From Flavobacteriales bacterium (lineage in GTDB: Bacteria > Bacteroidota > Bacteroidia > Flavobacteriales > BACL11), in assembly GCA_028122735.1 (NCBI GenBank), contig JAOHSR010000003.1, positions 10,543 to 74,542 of the forward strand: a stretch of 64,000 bases of DNA, written 5' to 3'. Made by a program: the position numbers and the translations under genes. Below, piece after piece: positions 18,141 to 28,784 of the stretch (the stretch's first letter is position 1; the number at the start of each line of letters is the position of its first letter). Below the pieces are notes generated by a model. It saw only the letters and a list, made by a program, of their open reading frames with translations. It was not told where the DNA came from and did no database searches.

Positions 18141-19478
18141 TTAAAATAATTTCATTATGTCATTACCGTTTGCATACACAACCAATGCAAGTAGAATTAA
18201 CATCCCTATAACTTGGGCAGACTCCATAAATTTTTCAGGAGCAGGCTTACCCGCCACAATTTCGTATAACAGAAAAACAACATGACCACCATCTAAAGCT
18301 GGTATAGGAAGAATATTTAAAAATGCAAGCATTAAAGAAAGAAAAGCCGTAAGGTTCCAAAATCTTTCCCAATCCCACTGAGCGGGAAACAGACTTCCAA
18401 TAGCACCAAACCCACCAACTCCTTTATACGCCCCTGAATCAGGGTTTAATATGAGTTTAAACTGATCAATGTAACCCCCAAGTTTGTTGACAGCCTTATT
18501 TAGCCCAGCAGGAAAAGAGCCAAAAAAACTATAGGTCGCAGAGGTCATTTTGTAAACTCCGTAATCCTCAAGCTGATTCAGGCTTAAAAGCGCGGGGTAA
18601 TATCCAATCGTTCCATCGGAACTAACTTTAGTAGCTAATGAAATTTCTTTCCCCTCTCGCAAAATAGTAACATTAACAACAGAATCGCAGTATCTTGATA
18701 ACACGCCAGCCATTTCATCGTTATATTTTATTTCCACACTATTAATATATATGATTTGATCTTTTATTTTAAGACCAGCCTGCTGAGCATTTGAATTTTC
18801 TATAAAAGAACTTGTGATAGCAGGAATTCTAGGGTAAAAAAGCATTGACTTTTCATTTTCAATTAACCTTTCAATGAAATTATCAGGAATGTCAATAGTA
18901 ATGACTTCGCCCTGCCTATCTAAAGTTACTTGTTTAGCACCAAGCATTTTTTCCAGTATTGAGCTAAATCTCTCTACATTTTCACCATCTACAGACAATA
19001 TTTTGTCTCCAGAAAGAAAACCTAAATCACCAGATAGTTTGTCAACACACCAAATACCATCATTTAAATCATTGTTTGCAAGGTATTTATCCCCATAAGT
19101 ATATAAAGTCATAGAATAGATAAAAACACCAAGTAATAAATTTACTACTACGCCTCCAACCATAATTATCAACCTTTGCCATGCTGGTTTAGCTCTAAAC
19201 TCCCAGGACTCAGCAGGTTTTTTCATTTGCTCTTTGTCCATAGATTCATCAATCATTCCAGAAATTTTTACATATCCTCCAAGCGGAAGCCAACCAATTC
19301 CATATTCGGTATCTCCAATTTTTTTCTTAACTAAAGAAAACCACGGGTCAAAAAAAAGATAAAATTTTTCAACCTTTGTTTTAAAAAACTTGGCAGGTAA
19401 AAAATGACCAAGCTCATGAAGTACAACTAGAATAGAAAGACTAAGTATTAATTGAAGGGCTTTTATAAGTATTTCCAT
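18141..19478 (-). CDS. rseP: RIP metalloprotease RseP
   Basis: HELGH, PLGGYVKI, PDZ region, NILPIPALDGG. Confidence 0.96.
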   Translation of the reverse strand: MEILIKALQLILSLSILVVLHELGHFLPAKFFKTKVEKFYLFFDPWFSLVKKKIGDTEYGIGWLPLGGYVKISGMIDESMDKEQMKKPAESWEFRAKPAWQRLIIMVGGVVVNLLLGVFIYSMTLYTYGDKYLANNDLNDGIWCVDKLSGDLGFLSGDKILSVDGENVERFSSILEKMLGAKQVTLDRQGEVITIDIPDNFIERLIENEKSMLFYPRIPAITSSFIENSNAQQAGLKIKDQIIYINSVEIKYNDEMAGVLSRYCDSVVNVTILREGKEISLATKVSSDGTIGYYPALLSLNQLEDYGVYKMTSATYSFFGSFPAGLNKAVNKLGGYIDQFKLILNPDSGAYKGVGGFGAIGSLFPAQWDWERFWNLTAFLSLMLAFLNILPIPALDGGHVVFLLYEIVAGKPAPEKFMESAQVIGMLILLALVVYANGNDIMKLF

Positions 19479-20627
19479 TTACAATAGTTTGTTTGCGAGC
19501 AATCTTGTTTGTTGATCAGTTTCTATATAATCTTCTATAGTTGGACTTTTTACAAAAGTAATTTTTTCAAGACAATTATCAATTAAATCAGACATATTTA
19601 AAAACCCAATTTTATCATTTAGAAAAGCTTCAACAGCAATTTCATTTGCAGCATTTAATATACATGCAGAATTACCACCTTTTTCCATAGCCCTGTATGC
19701 TAAGTATAAATTTCTAAAAGTTTTTTCATCAGCTTTTTCAAAAGTTAAGTTGGGATAATCAAAAAAACTAAATCGTCTAAATTTATTTTTTAATCTAAAT
19801 GGAAATCCAAGAGCATATTGAATTGGAAGCTTCATATCTGGAACTCCCAACTGAGCCTTAATAGAGCCATCTTCAAATTGAACAGCTGAATGTATTATTG
19901 ATTGAGGGTGTACAACAACATCTATCTGCTCTTTATTGAGATTAAAAAGCCATTTTGCTTCAATAACTTCTAATCCTTTATTCATCAATGTGGCTGAATC
20001 AATTGTAATTTTCGCCCCCATTGACCAGTTGGGGTGTTTTAAAGCTTGTTTTTTTGAAATTGTTTTTAATTCTGCAGCTTTTTTACCTCTGAAAGGCCCT
20101 CCTGAAGCGGTTAGATAAATCTTTTCAATAGCATTATTATTTTCCCCAACAAGACATTGAAAGATAGCAGAGTGTTCCGAGTCAACAGGATATATTGGAG
20201 CGCCATATTTTTTTGATAGCTTAGTGATAAGATCTCCAGCAACCACTAAGGTTTCTTTATTTGCTAAAGCAATTTTTTTTCCATGCTTTATTGCATTTAT
20301 TGTCGGAATTAAACCACTGTAGCCAACTAGCGCAGTTAAAACAATATTTATATTTTCAGATTCTACGATTTGCTCTAGTGATTTTTGCCCTGAATAAACT
20401 TTGATTCCAAGCTTAGAAAGTTCAGAATTTACTTTGTTATATTTAGCTTGATTAACAATTACTACTGTATTAGGTTTGTGTTTTTTTGCTTGTTCAATTA
20501 ATAAATCACAGTTGTTATTTGCAGTTAAAACCTCAACAGAAAAAAGATTTTTGTGTTCAATAATGACCTCTAAAGCTTGTGTTCCAATTGAACCCGTAGA
20601 TCCTAAAATTGCAATTCCTCTTTTCAT
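19479..20627 (-). CDS. dxr: 1-deoxy-D-xylulose-5-phosphate reductoisomerase
   Basis: LGSTGSIG, LANKE, PVDSEH, HPNWSMGAKITIDSATLMNKGLE. Confidence 0.97.
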   Translation of the reverse strand: MKRGIAILGSTGSIGTQALEVIIEHKNLFSVEVLTANNNCDLLIEQAKKHKPNTVVIVNQAKYNKVNSELSKLGIKVYSGQKSLEQIVESENINIVLTALVGYSGLIPTINAIKHGKKIALANKETLVVAGDLITKLSKKYGAPIYPVDSEHSAIFQCLVGENNNAIEKIYLTASGGPFRGKKAAELKTISKKQALKHPNWSMGAKITIDSATLMNKGLEVIEAKWLFNLNKEQIDVVVHPQSIIHSAVQFEDGSIKAQLGVPDMKLPIQYALGFPFRLKNKFRRFSFFDYPNLTFEKADEKTFRNLYLAYRAMEKGGNSACILNAANEIAVEAFLNDKIGFLNMSDLIDNCLEKITFVKSPTIEDYIETDQQTRLLANKLL

Positions 20628-22124
20628 TTATTTTTTATATAAAATTAATTTATCGGCTATTGACCTGTCATTTGATAGGCGTGGAGTTTTGTTTTGCCCT
20701 CCCAGCTTGCCAATACTCGACATGTAGTTGTTAAACCCATGTTTTTTTATTTTTATAATCTCTAACTGTTTTAGTATCGATCCTTTTATCAAATCTTTAT
20801 AGTAACTATTTTTTTCTTGAATTTCGTGGTCTAAAGTTTTTTCAAATAGACTCATGTCTTCAGGTTCTTTAGAAAACTCAATAAACCACTGATGAGAAGG
20901 AAGTCCATTTTTTGGGTTAATATTAGGAGCCACATGAAACTCTTTTATTTCTGCTGAGAGCACAGAAATTGTGTTATTTAATCCTTCTTCAACCTCTTGT
21001 GAAATAACATGTTCTCCAAAGGCAGAAGTAAAATGTTTGATTCTACCACTTACAATTATTCTGTATGGGTTAATTGAAACAAACTTTACGGTATCTCCGA
21101 GATTATAGCCCCACAAACCAGCGTTTGTATTTAAAATAATAACATAGTCAACCCCAATAGTTACATTAGAAAGATTAATCCTTTTAGGGTTTTCTTTAAA
21201 GAAATCTTCTCTTTTAATAAATTCATAAAATATTCCGTTGTTAACACACAGGATCATCCCCTTTTCTTTTTGCGAATCCTGATAAGCAATAAAACCCTCT
21301 GATGCGGGGTAGACCTCTACGCCATCAACCATCCCTCCAACGAGTCTGTTGAATGTTTTTCTATATGGCTCGAAATTAACCCCACCATAAATAAATAATT
21401 TAAAATTTGGAAAGAGTTCTTTGATTGACTTACTACTTTTTAAACTTAATTTTTCAAAATACATCTGCACCCAAGGAGGAATACCGCTAATTAAGGACAT
21501 GTCTTTTTCAATGGTTTCATCAACAATTGCATCAACCTTATCCTCCCACTTTTCAATACAATTATTTTTAAAACTAGGCAATCTATTTTTCTTTAGATAA
21601 AAAGGGATATGATGAGCTACTATTCCAGATAATCTTCCTGTTAGTATGCCTGAAGTTTTATCTAACTTAGGAGATCCTTGCAAAAAAATCATTTTACCAT
21701 CAACAATAGAAGTGTTTTTTGTTTCGTTTATATAAGATAAAATTGCATCTCTAGCTGGATTTAAATGGCATGAGATAGATTCTTTTGTTAATGGAATAAA
21801 TTTAGTTCCGGATGTTGTGCCAGAGGTTTTGCAAAAGTATATTGGCTTTCCTGGCCAAAGAATATTTTTTTTACCATCTTTTAATAGTGATATATAGTTT
21901 TTAAGCCCTTCATAATCTCTAATAGGAATGTTTTTTTTAAAAGTATCATAACTATCTATTTTTTGAAAAAAATGATCTTTTCCAAAAAGAGTGCTTTTTG
22001 CGTTTTTTATAAGTGAATGCATTATTTTTTCTTGATATATAATAGCATCTTTTTTCCAAAGATTGTTTTTTCTGACAACGTATCTAGCAAAAACTAAGCT
22101 TAATATAGATTTAAGACCTCTCAT
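20628..22124 (-). CDS. GH3 auxin-responsive-promoter family (acyl-adenylate-forming) protein
   Basis: TSGTTSGTKFIP, YPASEG, YNLGD, GGQNKTPR. Confidence 0.88.
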   Translation of the reverse strand: MRGLKSILSLVFARYVVRKNNLWKKDAIIYQEKIMHSLIKNAKSTLFGKDHFFQKIDSYDTFKKNIPIRDYEGLKNYISLLKDGKKNILWPGKPIYFCKTSGTTSGTKFIPLTKESISCHLNPARDAILSYINETKNTSIVDGKMIFLQGSPKLDKTSGILTGRLSGIVAHHIPFYLKKNRLPSFKNNCIEKWEDKVDAIVDETIEKDMSLISGIPPWVQMYFEKLSLKSSKSIKELFPNFKLFIYGGVNFEPYRKTFNRLVGGMVDGVEVYPASEGFIAYQDSQKEKGMILCVNNGIFYEFIKREDFFKENPKRINLSNVTIGVDYVIILNTNAGLWGYNLGDTVKFVSINPYRIIVSGRIKHFTSAFGEHVISQEVEEGLNNTISVLSAEIKEFHVAPNINPKNGLPSHQWFIEFSKEPEDMSLFEKTLDHEIQEKNSYYKDLIKGSILKQLEIIKIKKHGFNNYMSSIGKLGGQNKTPRLSNDRSIADKLILYKK

Positions 22125-22982
22125 CTAAAAAGAAATATAAAGTGAGGGGTCAAGAGGTGTTCCACTTTTCCATAATTCAAAGTGCAGGTGTGGCCCTGTA
22201 GAAAGTTCTCCAGAGTTTCCAATAATTGCAATGTGTTCTCCGGTTGTTGTTACATCTCCTACATTTTTCAATAGTACAGAGCAATGTTTATAAAAAGAGA
22301 TAAAGTTTTCTGAATGTTGTATACCTATTACATATCCTGTTTGTGGATTCCAATCGCTAACTACAACGGTCCCCTCGCCAATACTCTTTATTCTAGAACC
22401 TGTTTTTGCAACAAGATCTATTCCATAATGATTTGTTTCAAGATTAAAAGAATCACTAACAATCCCTTCCATTGGGGGAAAAAATAAAAACTGCTTGGTT
22501 CTTCTTGGAGAATTTAAGTTTATTGAGCTTTGGTCTTCCTTTTCAACCCTTAGGCGTAAGAGAGAATCTTCTTTTGATTTAATAAAATTAAAGTCACTAT
22601 TGTCAATTTTATTAAGACTATCATCTAAATACTCAAAAGAGATAGAATCTCCTTTAATAATTGACTCAATATTTGAAAGGTAGAGCGAGCTAATTGATAG
22701 AGCGGAAGCTAGAGAGTCGCTTTTTAAAGTAAGCTTAACAAGCTCTTTTTGAACAAGTTCGGAAGATTTGCCAGGAAGATGTTTGTTTAATGGTGAGTAC
22801 ACTATAATACAAAAAGAAATAACAAAAGCAGAGATTAATAAGACTGAAGCTAAGATTATAATATTTGATCTGTTTAATTTTAAAAAACCCTCTTCTTCAA
22901 GGGTTTCATCATTAATCACGACAAGCCGAAAATTTTTATTAAAGAAATTAACGATTTTATTTTTAAAGCTTTTCTGTTCCAT
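22125..22982 (-). CDS. Membrane-anchored M23 peptidase
   Basis: N-terminal basic segment plus TM helix; HYGID, STGPHLHFE; start moved to ATG 22982. Confidence 0.9.
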   Translation of the reverse strand: MEQKSFKNKIVNFFNKNFRLVVINDETLEEEGFLKLNRSNIIILASVLLISAFVISFCIIVYSPLNKHLPGKSSELVQKELVKLTLKSDSLASALSISSLYLSNIESIIKGDSISFEYLDDSLNKIDNSDFNFIKSKEDSLLRLRVEKEDQSSINLNSPRRTKQFLFFPPMEGIVSDSFNLETNHYGIDLVAKTGSRIKSIGEGTVVVSDWNPQTGYVIGIQHSENFISFYKHCSVLLKNVGDVTTTGEHIAIIGNSGELSTGPHLHFELWKSGTPLDPSLYISF

Positions 22983-23075
22983 AATATTTTGCAAATATCT
23001 GAAAATTATAAGCATATTTGCATGTATAACTATTTTCAACAAAATAATAGGTCTAAAAAGGAGTTAACTATTCAT

Positions 23076-25652
23076 ATGAAATTAAATAAACTACTAAAAA
23101 AAGCTTTTTTATTGCTGTTCTTATTAGTATTTTTTTCCGGATGCTCTACCAAAAAGAAAACATGGTTTTCTCGTCAATATCATAACACTACAGCTAAGTA
23201 TAATGGGTTTTTTAATGGTAATGAAAGTATTAAATACGGTGTCAAGAAAATTTCAGACTCTTTTGAAGATGACTACTCTACAGTATTACCAGTTTTTAGA
23301 ACGGGAGATTTAAAAAAATCAAAATCTACCTTGCCCTATATGGATAAGGCAATTCAAAAAGGCTCAATAGTTATACAGAAACATTCTATTAAAATAAGAG
23401 GAAAAGAATATTGTAGATGGATTGATGACAACTATTTTATGATTGGAAAAGCATATTTCTACAAAGGAGAGTTTGATGAGGCTGCTAAGACATTTAGTTT
23501 TATAATTGAAGAGTATAAAAAAACTCCAATTGTTTATGAAGCTTCAATGTGGCTTTCAAGATGTTTTATTGAAAAGAAAGATTTTGTTGCTGCAGAATCG
23601 ATACTTATTGAATTAACAAATAACAGAAAATTTCCTGAAAAACTTGAAAAAGATTTTGAGAAAATTAATGCAGACTTTTACGTCCGTCAAAAAAATTATC
23701 CGCTAGCAAAAGAATCTTTACTTAACTGTATCAATAAATATAAATTAAAAAAAGACAAGGCTAGGCTAAACTATATTCTTGCTCAGATTTTTCAAATTGA
23801 AGAGAATTTTAAACAAGCCTCTAAATATTATAATCAAGTTTTAAAAAGCAACTCTGACTATTCTATGGTGTTTAATACAAAAATGAATCTTGCTCTTTGT
23901 GCTGATAAAAGTTCTAAAAACTCAGAAAAAATGAGGAAAGATCTTGTAAAAATGACAAAGGACGATAAAAACAAAGAGTACCTGGATCAGATTTATTACA
24001 CAATAGCAAAGATGGATGTTTCGGCCGAAGACACTTTGTTAGCTAAAGAAAATTATTTAAAATCTACTCTATATAGTATATCAAACGACCCTCAAAAAGC
24101 GCTCTCTTTTTTAGCACTAGCCGAAATAGAATTCTATAGTTCAAACTTTGTTTCATCTGAGCTTTTCTATGACAGCACAATCTATTTTATGCCAGAAGAG
24201 TATAGGCTGTACAAGCCAACGCTTGAAAAGTATTTAGTATTAAAAGATTTAGTTAACAATCTAAACATAATTAATTTACAAGACAGTTTAATTCAATTAG
24301 CATTAATGCCTCGCGCTGAAGTAAATGCTATTATAAAATCAATAATTGATAAAGAGCTTGAAAAAGAACGTCTTGAGAAGGAACAAGAAATGTTAAAACA
24401 ACAAAATTTATTTGAGAATAATCGAAATACAAATAGAAACGAACAATTTGGAAATAATACTTCTGGAGGAAAGTGGTATTTTTATAATCCTGCAACCTTG
24501 AGTTTTGGGTTGTCTGAGTTTAGAAAAAAATGGGGAAAAAGAAAGTTAGAAGACGATTGGAGAAGAAAAAACAGAAAATCAATCTCAATTTCCACAGAAG
24601 ACTCCTCCACAACAAGTTTGGAGGCAACAAACTTTAAAGACCCTCAATTTTATCTTCAGCAGATCCCATCAACACCAAAAGATTTTACTCAAGCAAGAGA
24701 AAAGATAGCAAACTCCTGCTATCAGGCTGCTATAATCTACAGGCACGACTTAAATAAGATTGAAAAAAGTAATGAAATGTTAAAAAAAATCTTGAGTATT
24801 GTTGATGTTGACACGGGGTTTTTGCCAATGACACACTATAATTTATACTTAAATTATTTAGCCCTAGAAAAAGAAGTGCAAACAAAGTCTACAAGACAAT
24901 ACATTTTAAGTAACTACCCTGCAAGTGTATATGCTAATATAATTTTAGACCCCGACTACCTTTTGAGTGTTCAAAGTGTAAATGATATAGAAGATCTTAA
25001 TTATGAAAAAGACTATCAATCATATATTGGCGGTGACTTTGCAGAGGTTTTAAATCTTACCGGCATAACTAAAAAGAGTGAGCTTGAGGAAAAGTATCTT
25101 TTTTTAAGAGCTATTAGTTACTTAAAAAAAGGAGATAGCATAGTTGCAATAAACACACTTGATCAGATAAAAAGTGCAGAAGACAAAGCCCTTAGTAAAT
25201 ATGTGTCTAACCTTTTAGATATTCTTGATGATCAGACAGATTTAATTGAAGCAAATAGAGTTGCAATTGAAAAGACTCCCTACATCTTAAGCCGTGAAGA
25301 TAACCACATGTTAATGTTAATACTTCCAAAAGAAGGCGTAGATGTTAGTTTTTTAAAAACCTTATTATCGGATTATAATTCAGAAAATCATTCTACAGAA
25401 ATATTTGAGATTAGCGCAATGATGATGGGCTTAGACTTTCATTTATTAACGATTAAGTTGTTTTCTAATTCTAAGGATGTTATGTCTTATTATGATGGGC
25501 TAAAACAGAATAATAAAATTATTAACGAAATCCGCGCGAATGAATATTATTTACTGCCCATTTCACTAGAAAATTTTCAAGATTTTTATGTAAATAAAGA
25601 CCTTAAGGGCTATTCTAAATTTTTTGAGCTGAAATATTTGTATAAAAACTAA
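23076..25652 (+). CDS. sprE: TPR lipoprotein, SprE/PorW (T9SS/gliding)
   Basis: Lipobox FSGC; YHNTTAKYN-FFNG; WYFYN...WGKRKLEDDWR; position upstream of bactofilin and atp genes. Confidence 0.82.
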   Translation: MKLNKLLKKAFLLLFLLVFFSGCSTKKKTWFSRQYHNTTAKYNGFFNGNESIKYGVKKISDSFEDDYSTVLPVFRTGDLKKSKSTLPYMDKAIQKGSIVIQKHSIKIRGKEYCRWIDDNYFMIGKAYFYKGEFDEAAKTFSFIIEEYKKTPIVYEASMWLSRCFIEKKDFVAAESILIELTNNRKFPEKLEKDFEKINADFYVRQKNYPLAKESLLNCINKYKLKKDKARLNYILAQIFQIEENFKQASKYYNQVLKSNSDYSMVFNTKMNLALCADKSSKNSEKMRKDLVKMTKDDKNKEYLDQIYYTIAKMDVSAEDTLLAKENYLKSTLYSISNDPQKALSFLALAEIEFYSSNFVSSELFYDSTIYFMPEEYRLYKPTLEKYLVLKDLVNNLNIINLQDSLIQLALMPRAEVNAIIKSIIDKELEKERLEKEQEMLKQQNLFENNRNTNRNEQFGNNTSGGKWYFYNPATLSFGLSEFRKKWGKRKLEDDWRRKNRKSISISTEDSSTTSLEATNFKDPQFYLQQIPSTPKDFTQAREKIANSCYQAAIIYRHDLNKIEKSNEMLKKILSIVDVDTGFLPMTHYNLYLNYLALEKEVQTKSTRQYILSNYPASVYANIILDPDYLLSVQSVNDIEDLNYEKDYQSYIGGDFAEVLNLTGITKKSELEEKYLFLRAISYLKKGDSIVAINTLDQIKSAEDKALSKYVSNLLDILDDQTDLIEANRVAIEKTPYILSREDNHMLMLILPKEGVDVSFLKTLLSDYNSENHSTEIFEISAMMMGLDFHLLTIKLFSNSKDVMSYYDGLKQNNKIINEIRANEYYLLPISLENFQDFYVNKDLKGYSKFFELKYLYKN

Positions 25653-25698
25653 GAAAAAACTTTATTATTTATAAATTTACATTTCTAAATAAATAAAC

Positions 25699-26115
25699 AT
25701 GTTTACAAATAATAACGACTCAGTAAAAAAAAGCATTGCATCTTCTGCAGCAATTAATATGATTGGTGATGGAACTACAATAACGGGTGATATAAAATCT
25801 AAGGGAGATATTCGGGTAGATGGCTCATTAAAAGGCTCAATTGAAACCCAAGGAAAAGTTGTTGTAGGTCAAGGCGGTGTTGTTGAGGGCGATGTTGTTT
25901 GTAAGGATGCAGATGTGGCGGGTGTTTTAAAAGCAAAAATTACTGTTTCTCAGCTATTGTCACTAAAATCCTCTGCAAAGCTTAACGGAGATATTGTGAC
26001 TAACAAACTATCGATTGAGCCTGGGGCAACGTTTACGGGATCTTGCAGTATGGGGGCTGTAATTAAAGATATCAAAGATCTTGGGCAATCTGAAAAAAGA
26101 GAAAAAACAGCATAA
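25699..26115 (+). CDS. Bactofilin (polymer-forming cytoskeletal protein)
   Basis: IGDGTTITGDI...IRVDG...LSIEPGATFTGSCSM beta-helix pattern. Confidence 0.92.
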   Translation: MFTNNNDSVKKSIASSAAINMIGDGTTITGDIKSKGDIRVDGSLKGSIETQGKVVVGQGGVVEGDVVCKDADVAGVLKAKITVSQLLSLKSSAKLNGDIVTNKLSIEPGATFTGSCSMGAVIKDIKDLGQSEKREKTA

Positions 26116-26290
26116 GGGTTTTTATTTTTTATCATCCGTTTCTATTCAGATGATTATCATAATTCTTTTGGGATTTTATCTTGGGGCTTTTACGGATAAT
26201 TTATTTGGGCTAAAACCTTCTCTAACCATATTTTTTTCCTGTCTTTCAATCGTCTTTTCTATTTATTTTTTTTATAAAAAAATCAACTAA
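26081..26290 (+). CDS. AtpZ/AtpI-family small membrane protein
   Basis: Two TM helices, G-Y-LG-F-D pattern, position just before atpB; start uncertain. Confidence 0.65.
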   Translation: MGNLKKEKKQHKGFYFLSSVSIQMIIIILLGFYLGAFTDNLFGLKPSLTIFFSCLSIVFSIYFFYKKIN

Positions 26291-26343
26291 AAAAAAGTTG
26301 CAATTTTTTTAAAAAACAGACATATTTAAAGTTAAATAATATT

Positions 26344-26351
26344 TACATTTG
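26344..26351 (+). promoter_or_regulatory. Putative atpB promoter -7 element
   Basis: TACATTTG matches TAnnTTTG, 25 nt before ATG. Confidence 0.55.
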
Positions 26352-26376
26352 CCTGCAATTATTATTAATAGATATA

Positions 26377-27408
26377 ATGCAGAAAAAAGTAAGTCTTTTA
26401 ATTGTTTTATTTTTCACAATATTTTCATGCTTTTCGTTTGCCGGAGGCGAGGCTACTCAAGAAAAGGGAGGTGTTTACAATCCAGTTCCTACAATTATGC
26501 ATCATATTGCTGACGCTCATGAGTGGCACTTATGGGGAGAAGGAGACAATTCCTATTCTATACCATTGCCCGTAATACTATATTCTGAAAAAGGGGTTGA
26601 CATTTTTATGGCTAATGATTTTAATCACGGCCATTCAAAAGTAATTAAAGAGGATAGGGTTTATTCTATTGATAATCATAGTCATATTATTGAAGAAGGA
26701 GGTCTAGAAATTATAGACTTATCAATAACCAAAAATGTTGCATCAATGCTTATATCTGTTTTCTTATTGTTTTTAATAATGGGGACTGTGTCTAGATCTT
26801 ATTCTAGAAAAAATGTTGAACCAAGTGGATTACAGGCGTTTATTGAACCCTTAATTTTATTTGTTAGAGATGATATTATAAAGGACAATATTGGAAAAAA
26901 ACACGAAAAATTCACGCCATTATTACTCACATTTTTCTTCTTTATTTTAATAAATAATTTAATGGGTTTACTTCCAGGAGCAGCTAATGTTACTGGTAAT
27001 ATTGCAGTAACATTTGTACTATCTCTAATCACTTTTCTTGTAACCACACTTTTTGGAAATAAAAATTACTGGGGGCATATATTCAAACCTCCAGGAGTGC
27101 CAATGGCTCTAATGCCAATTATGGTACCAATTGAAATAATTGGAATGTTTACTAAGCCGTTTGCTTTAATGATCAGGCTTTTTGCAAATATTTCTGCCGG
27201 ACACATTATAATACTAAGCCTTATATCTTTGATATTTATTGCGCAAAGCGCTATGGGAACTGGCGGAGCTTGGGGTGTAGCCCCTGTTTCTGCATTATTT
27301 GTGCTTTTTATTTACTGTATTGAGGTGCTTGTGGCTTTTTTACAAGCATATATATTTACATTGCTATCTTCAGTTTTTATTGGGTTAGCAGTGCAAGATG
27401 GTCATTAA
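26377..27408 (+). CDS. atpB: F0F1 ATP synthase subunit a
   Basis: KPFALMIRLFANISAGH, LQAYIFTLL. Confidence 0.97.
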   Translation: MQKKVSLLIVLFFTIFSCFSFAGGEATQEKGGVYNPVPTIMHHIADAHEWHLWGEGDNSYSIPLPVILYSEKGVDIFMANDFNHGHSKVIKEDRVYSIDNHSHIIEEGGLEIIDLSITKNVASMLISVFLLFLIMGTVSRSYSRKNVEPSGLQAFIEPLILFVRDDIIKDNIGKKHEKFTPLLLTFFFFILINNLMGLLPGAANVTGNIAVTFVLSLITFLVTTLFGNKNYWGHIFKPPGVPMALMPIMVPIEIIGMFTKPFALMIRLFANISAGHIIILSLISLIFIAQSAMGTGGAWGVAPVSALFVLFIYCIEVLVAFLQAYIFTLLSSVFIGLAVQDGH

Positions 27409-27420
27409 TTAAATTATTAA

Positions 27421-27663
<243 letters not shown>

Positions 27664-27673
27664 TTAGTAATTA

Positions 27674-27706
27674 AAATACTCTGCAACGGTTGGTTGCAGA
27701 GTATTT
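27674..27706 (+). other. 14-bp stem-loop between atpE and atpF
   Basis: AAATACTCTGCAAC-ggttg-GTTGCAGAGTATTT. Confidence 0.8.
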
Positions 27707-27720
27707 AATAAAATTTAAAT

Positions 27721-28212
27721 ATGGAATTAGTTACACCAGCAATAGGATTAATCTTTTGGACTACAGTAGTTTTCTCTTTATTGGTTCTTTTATTAAAGAA
27801 GTTTGCATGGAAACCAATTTTATCTGCTGTTGACGAAAGAAATCAATCAATAAAAGATTCTTTAGCACAAGCTGAAAAAGCCAGAAGTGAAATGTCAGAG
27901 CTTACAGCTAATAACGAAAAAATAATTGCACAAGCAAAAGTAGACAGAGATTTAATTTTAAAAGAAGCTCGAGATATGAAGAATGAAATAATATCAGAAG
28001 CAAAAGATAAGGCCAGTAATGAAGCTGAAAAACTTGTTACAACAGCTAAGGAACAAATATTAAATGAAAAAATGAAGGCATTAACAGAACTTAAAAATCA
28101 TGTTGCCGATTTATCTGTTGAAATGGCTGAAAAAATCTTAAGATCTGAACTTTCTGATGTTGCCAAGCAAAAAGAATTAGTAACAAAAGTTTTAAAAGAA
28201 AGCAAGAATTAG
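27721..28212 (+). CDS. atpF: ATP synthase subunit b
   Basis: GLIFW TM, KFAWKPIL, coiled coil. Confidence 0.96.
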   Translation: MELVTPAIGLIFWTTVVFSLLVLLLKKFAWKPILSAVDERNQSIKDSLAQAEKARSEMSELTANNEKIIAQAKVDRDLILKEARDMKNEIISEAKDKASNEAEKLVTTAKEQILNEKMKALTELKNHVADLSVEMAEKILRSELSDVAKQKELVTKVLKESKN

Positions 28213-28215
28213 AAC

Positions 28216-28773
28216 ATGAAACAATCTAGAGCAACTATTAGATACGCTAAATCTTTAATTGATATCTCAGAAGAAAATGAAGTTGTTGACTCTTCTTATG
28301 ATGATATGGTTTTAATTAATTCGCTTTGTTTATCAAACAAGGATTTAGTAAACCTCTTAAAAACACCTATTGTAAAAACAGATCTAAAAGTTAAAATTTT
28401 AAAAGAGCTCTTTTCAAATTCTATTAGCAGCCTAACTCTTTCATTTATAATTTTAATCACTAATAAAAAAAGAGAAAGTCTTCTTCCGGAAATTTCTTCA
28501 TGTTTTATATCTCTATACAAAAAAACAAAAAATATTAAAGAAGTAACAGTTACAACAGCCCTTCCTCTTGATGATTCAATGAGAAAAGAATTAATGAATT
28601 ATGTCAGTGCTCAGAATAATAGTAACATTGAATTAATTGAAAAAGTTGATGAATCACTAATAGGTGGAGCTATAATTAGAATGGATGATACTCAGCTAGA
28701 CGCTAGTGTTTCATCTAAGCTTAAAGTGCTAAGGCAAAAATTTAGCGAAAACTTATATATAGAAAATTATTAA
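28216..28773 (+). CDS. atpH: ATP synthase subunit delta
   Basis: RYAKSL, LIGG...DASV. Confidence 0.95.
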   Translation: MKQSRATIRYAKSLIDISEENEVVDSSYDDMVLINSLCLSNKDLVNLLKTPIVKTDLKVKILKELFSNSISSLTLSFIILITNKKRESLLPEISSCFISLYKKTKNIKEVTVTTALPLDDSMRKELMNYVSAQNNSNIELIEKVDESLIGGAIIRMDDTQLDASVSSKLKVLRQKFSENLYIENY

Positions 28774-28784
28774 ATAATAATATT

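Noticed and set aside
22983-23075. Overlapping 5' ends of the M23 and sprE ORFs as given in the track
   Set aside because: Artefact of longest-ORF starts; ATG 22982 and ATG 23076 give a normal divergent gap and a proper lipoprotein signal. Similar start corrections were made at 14407, 16795 and 52741.
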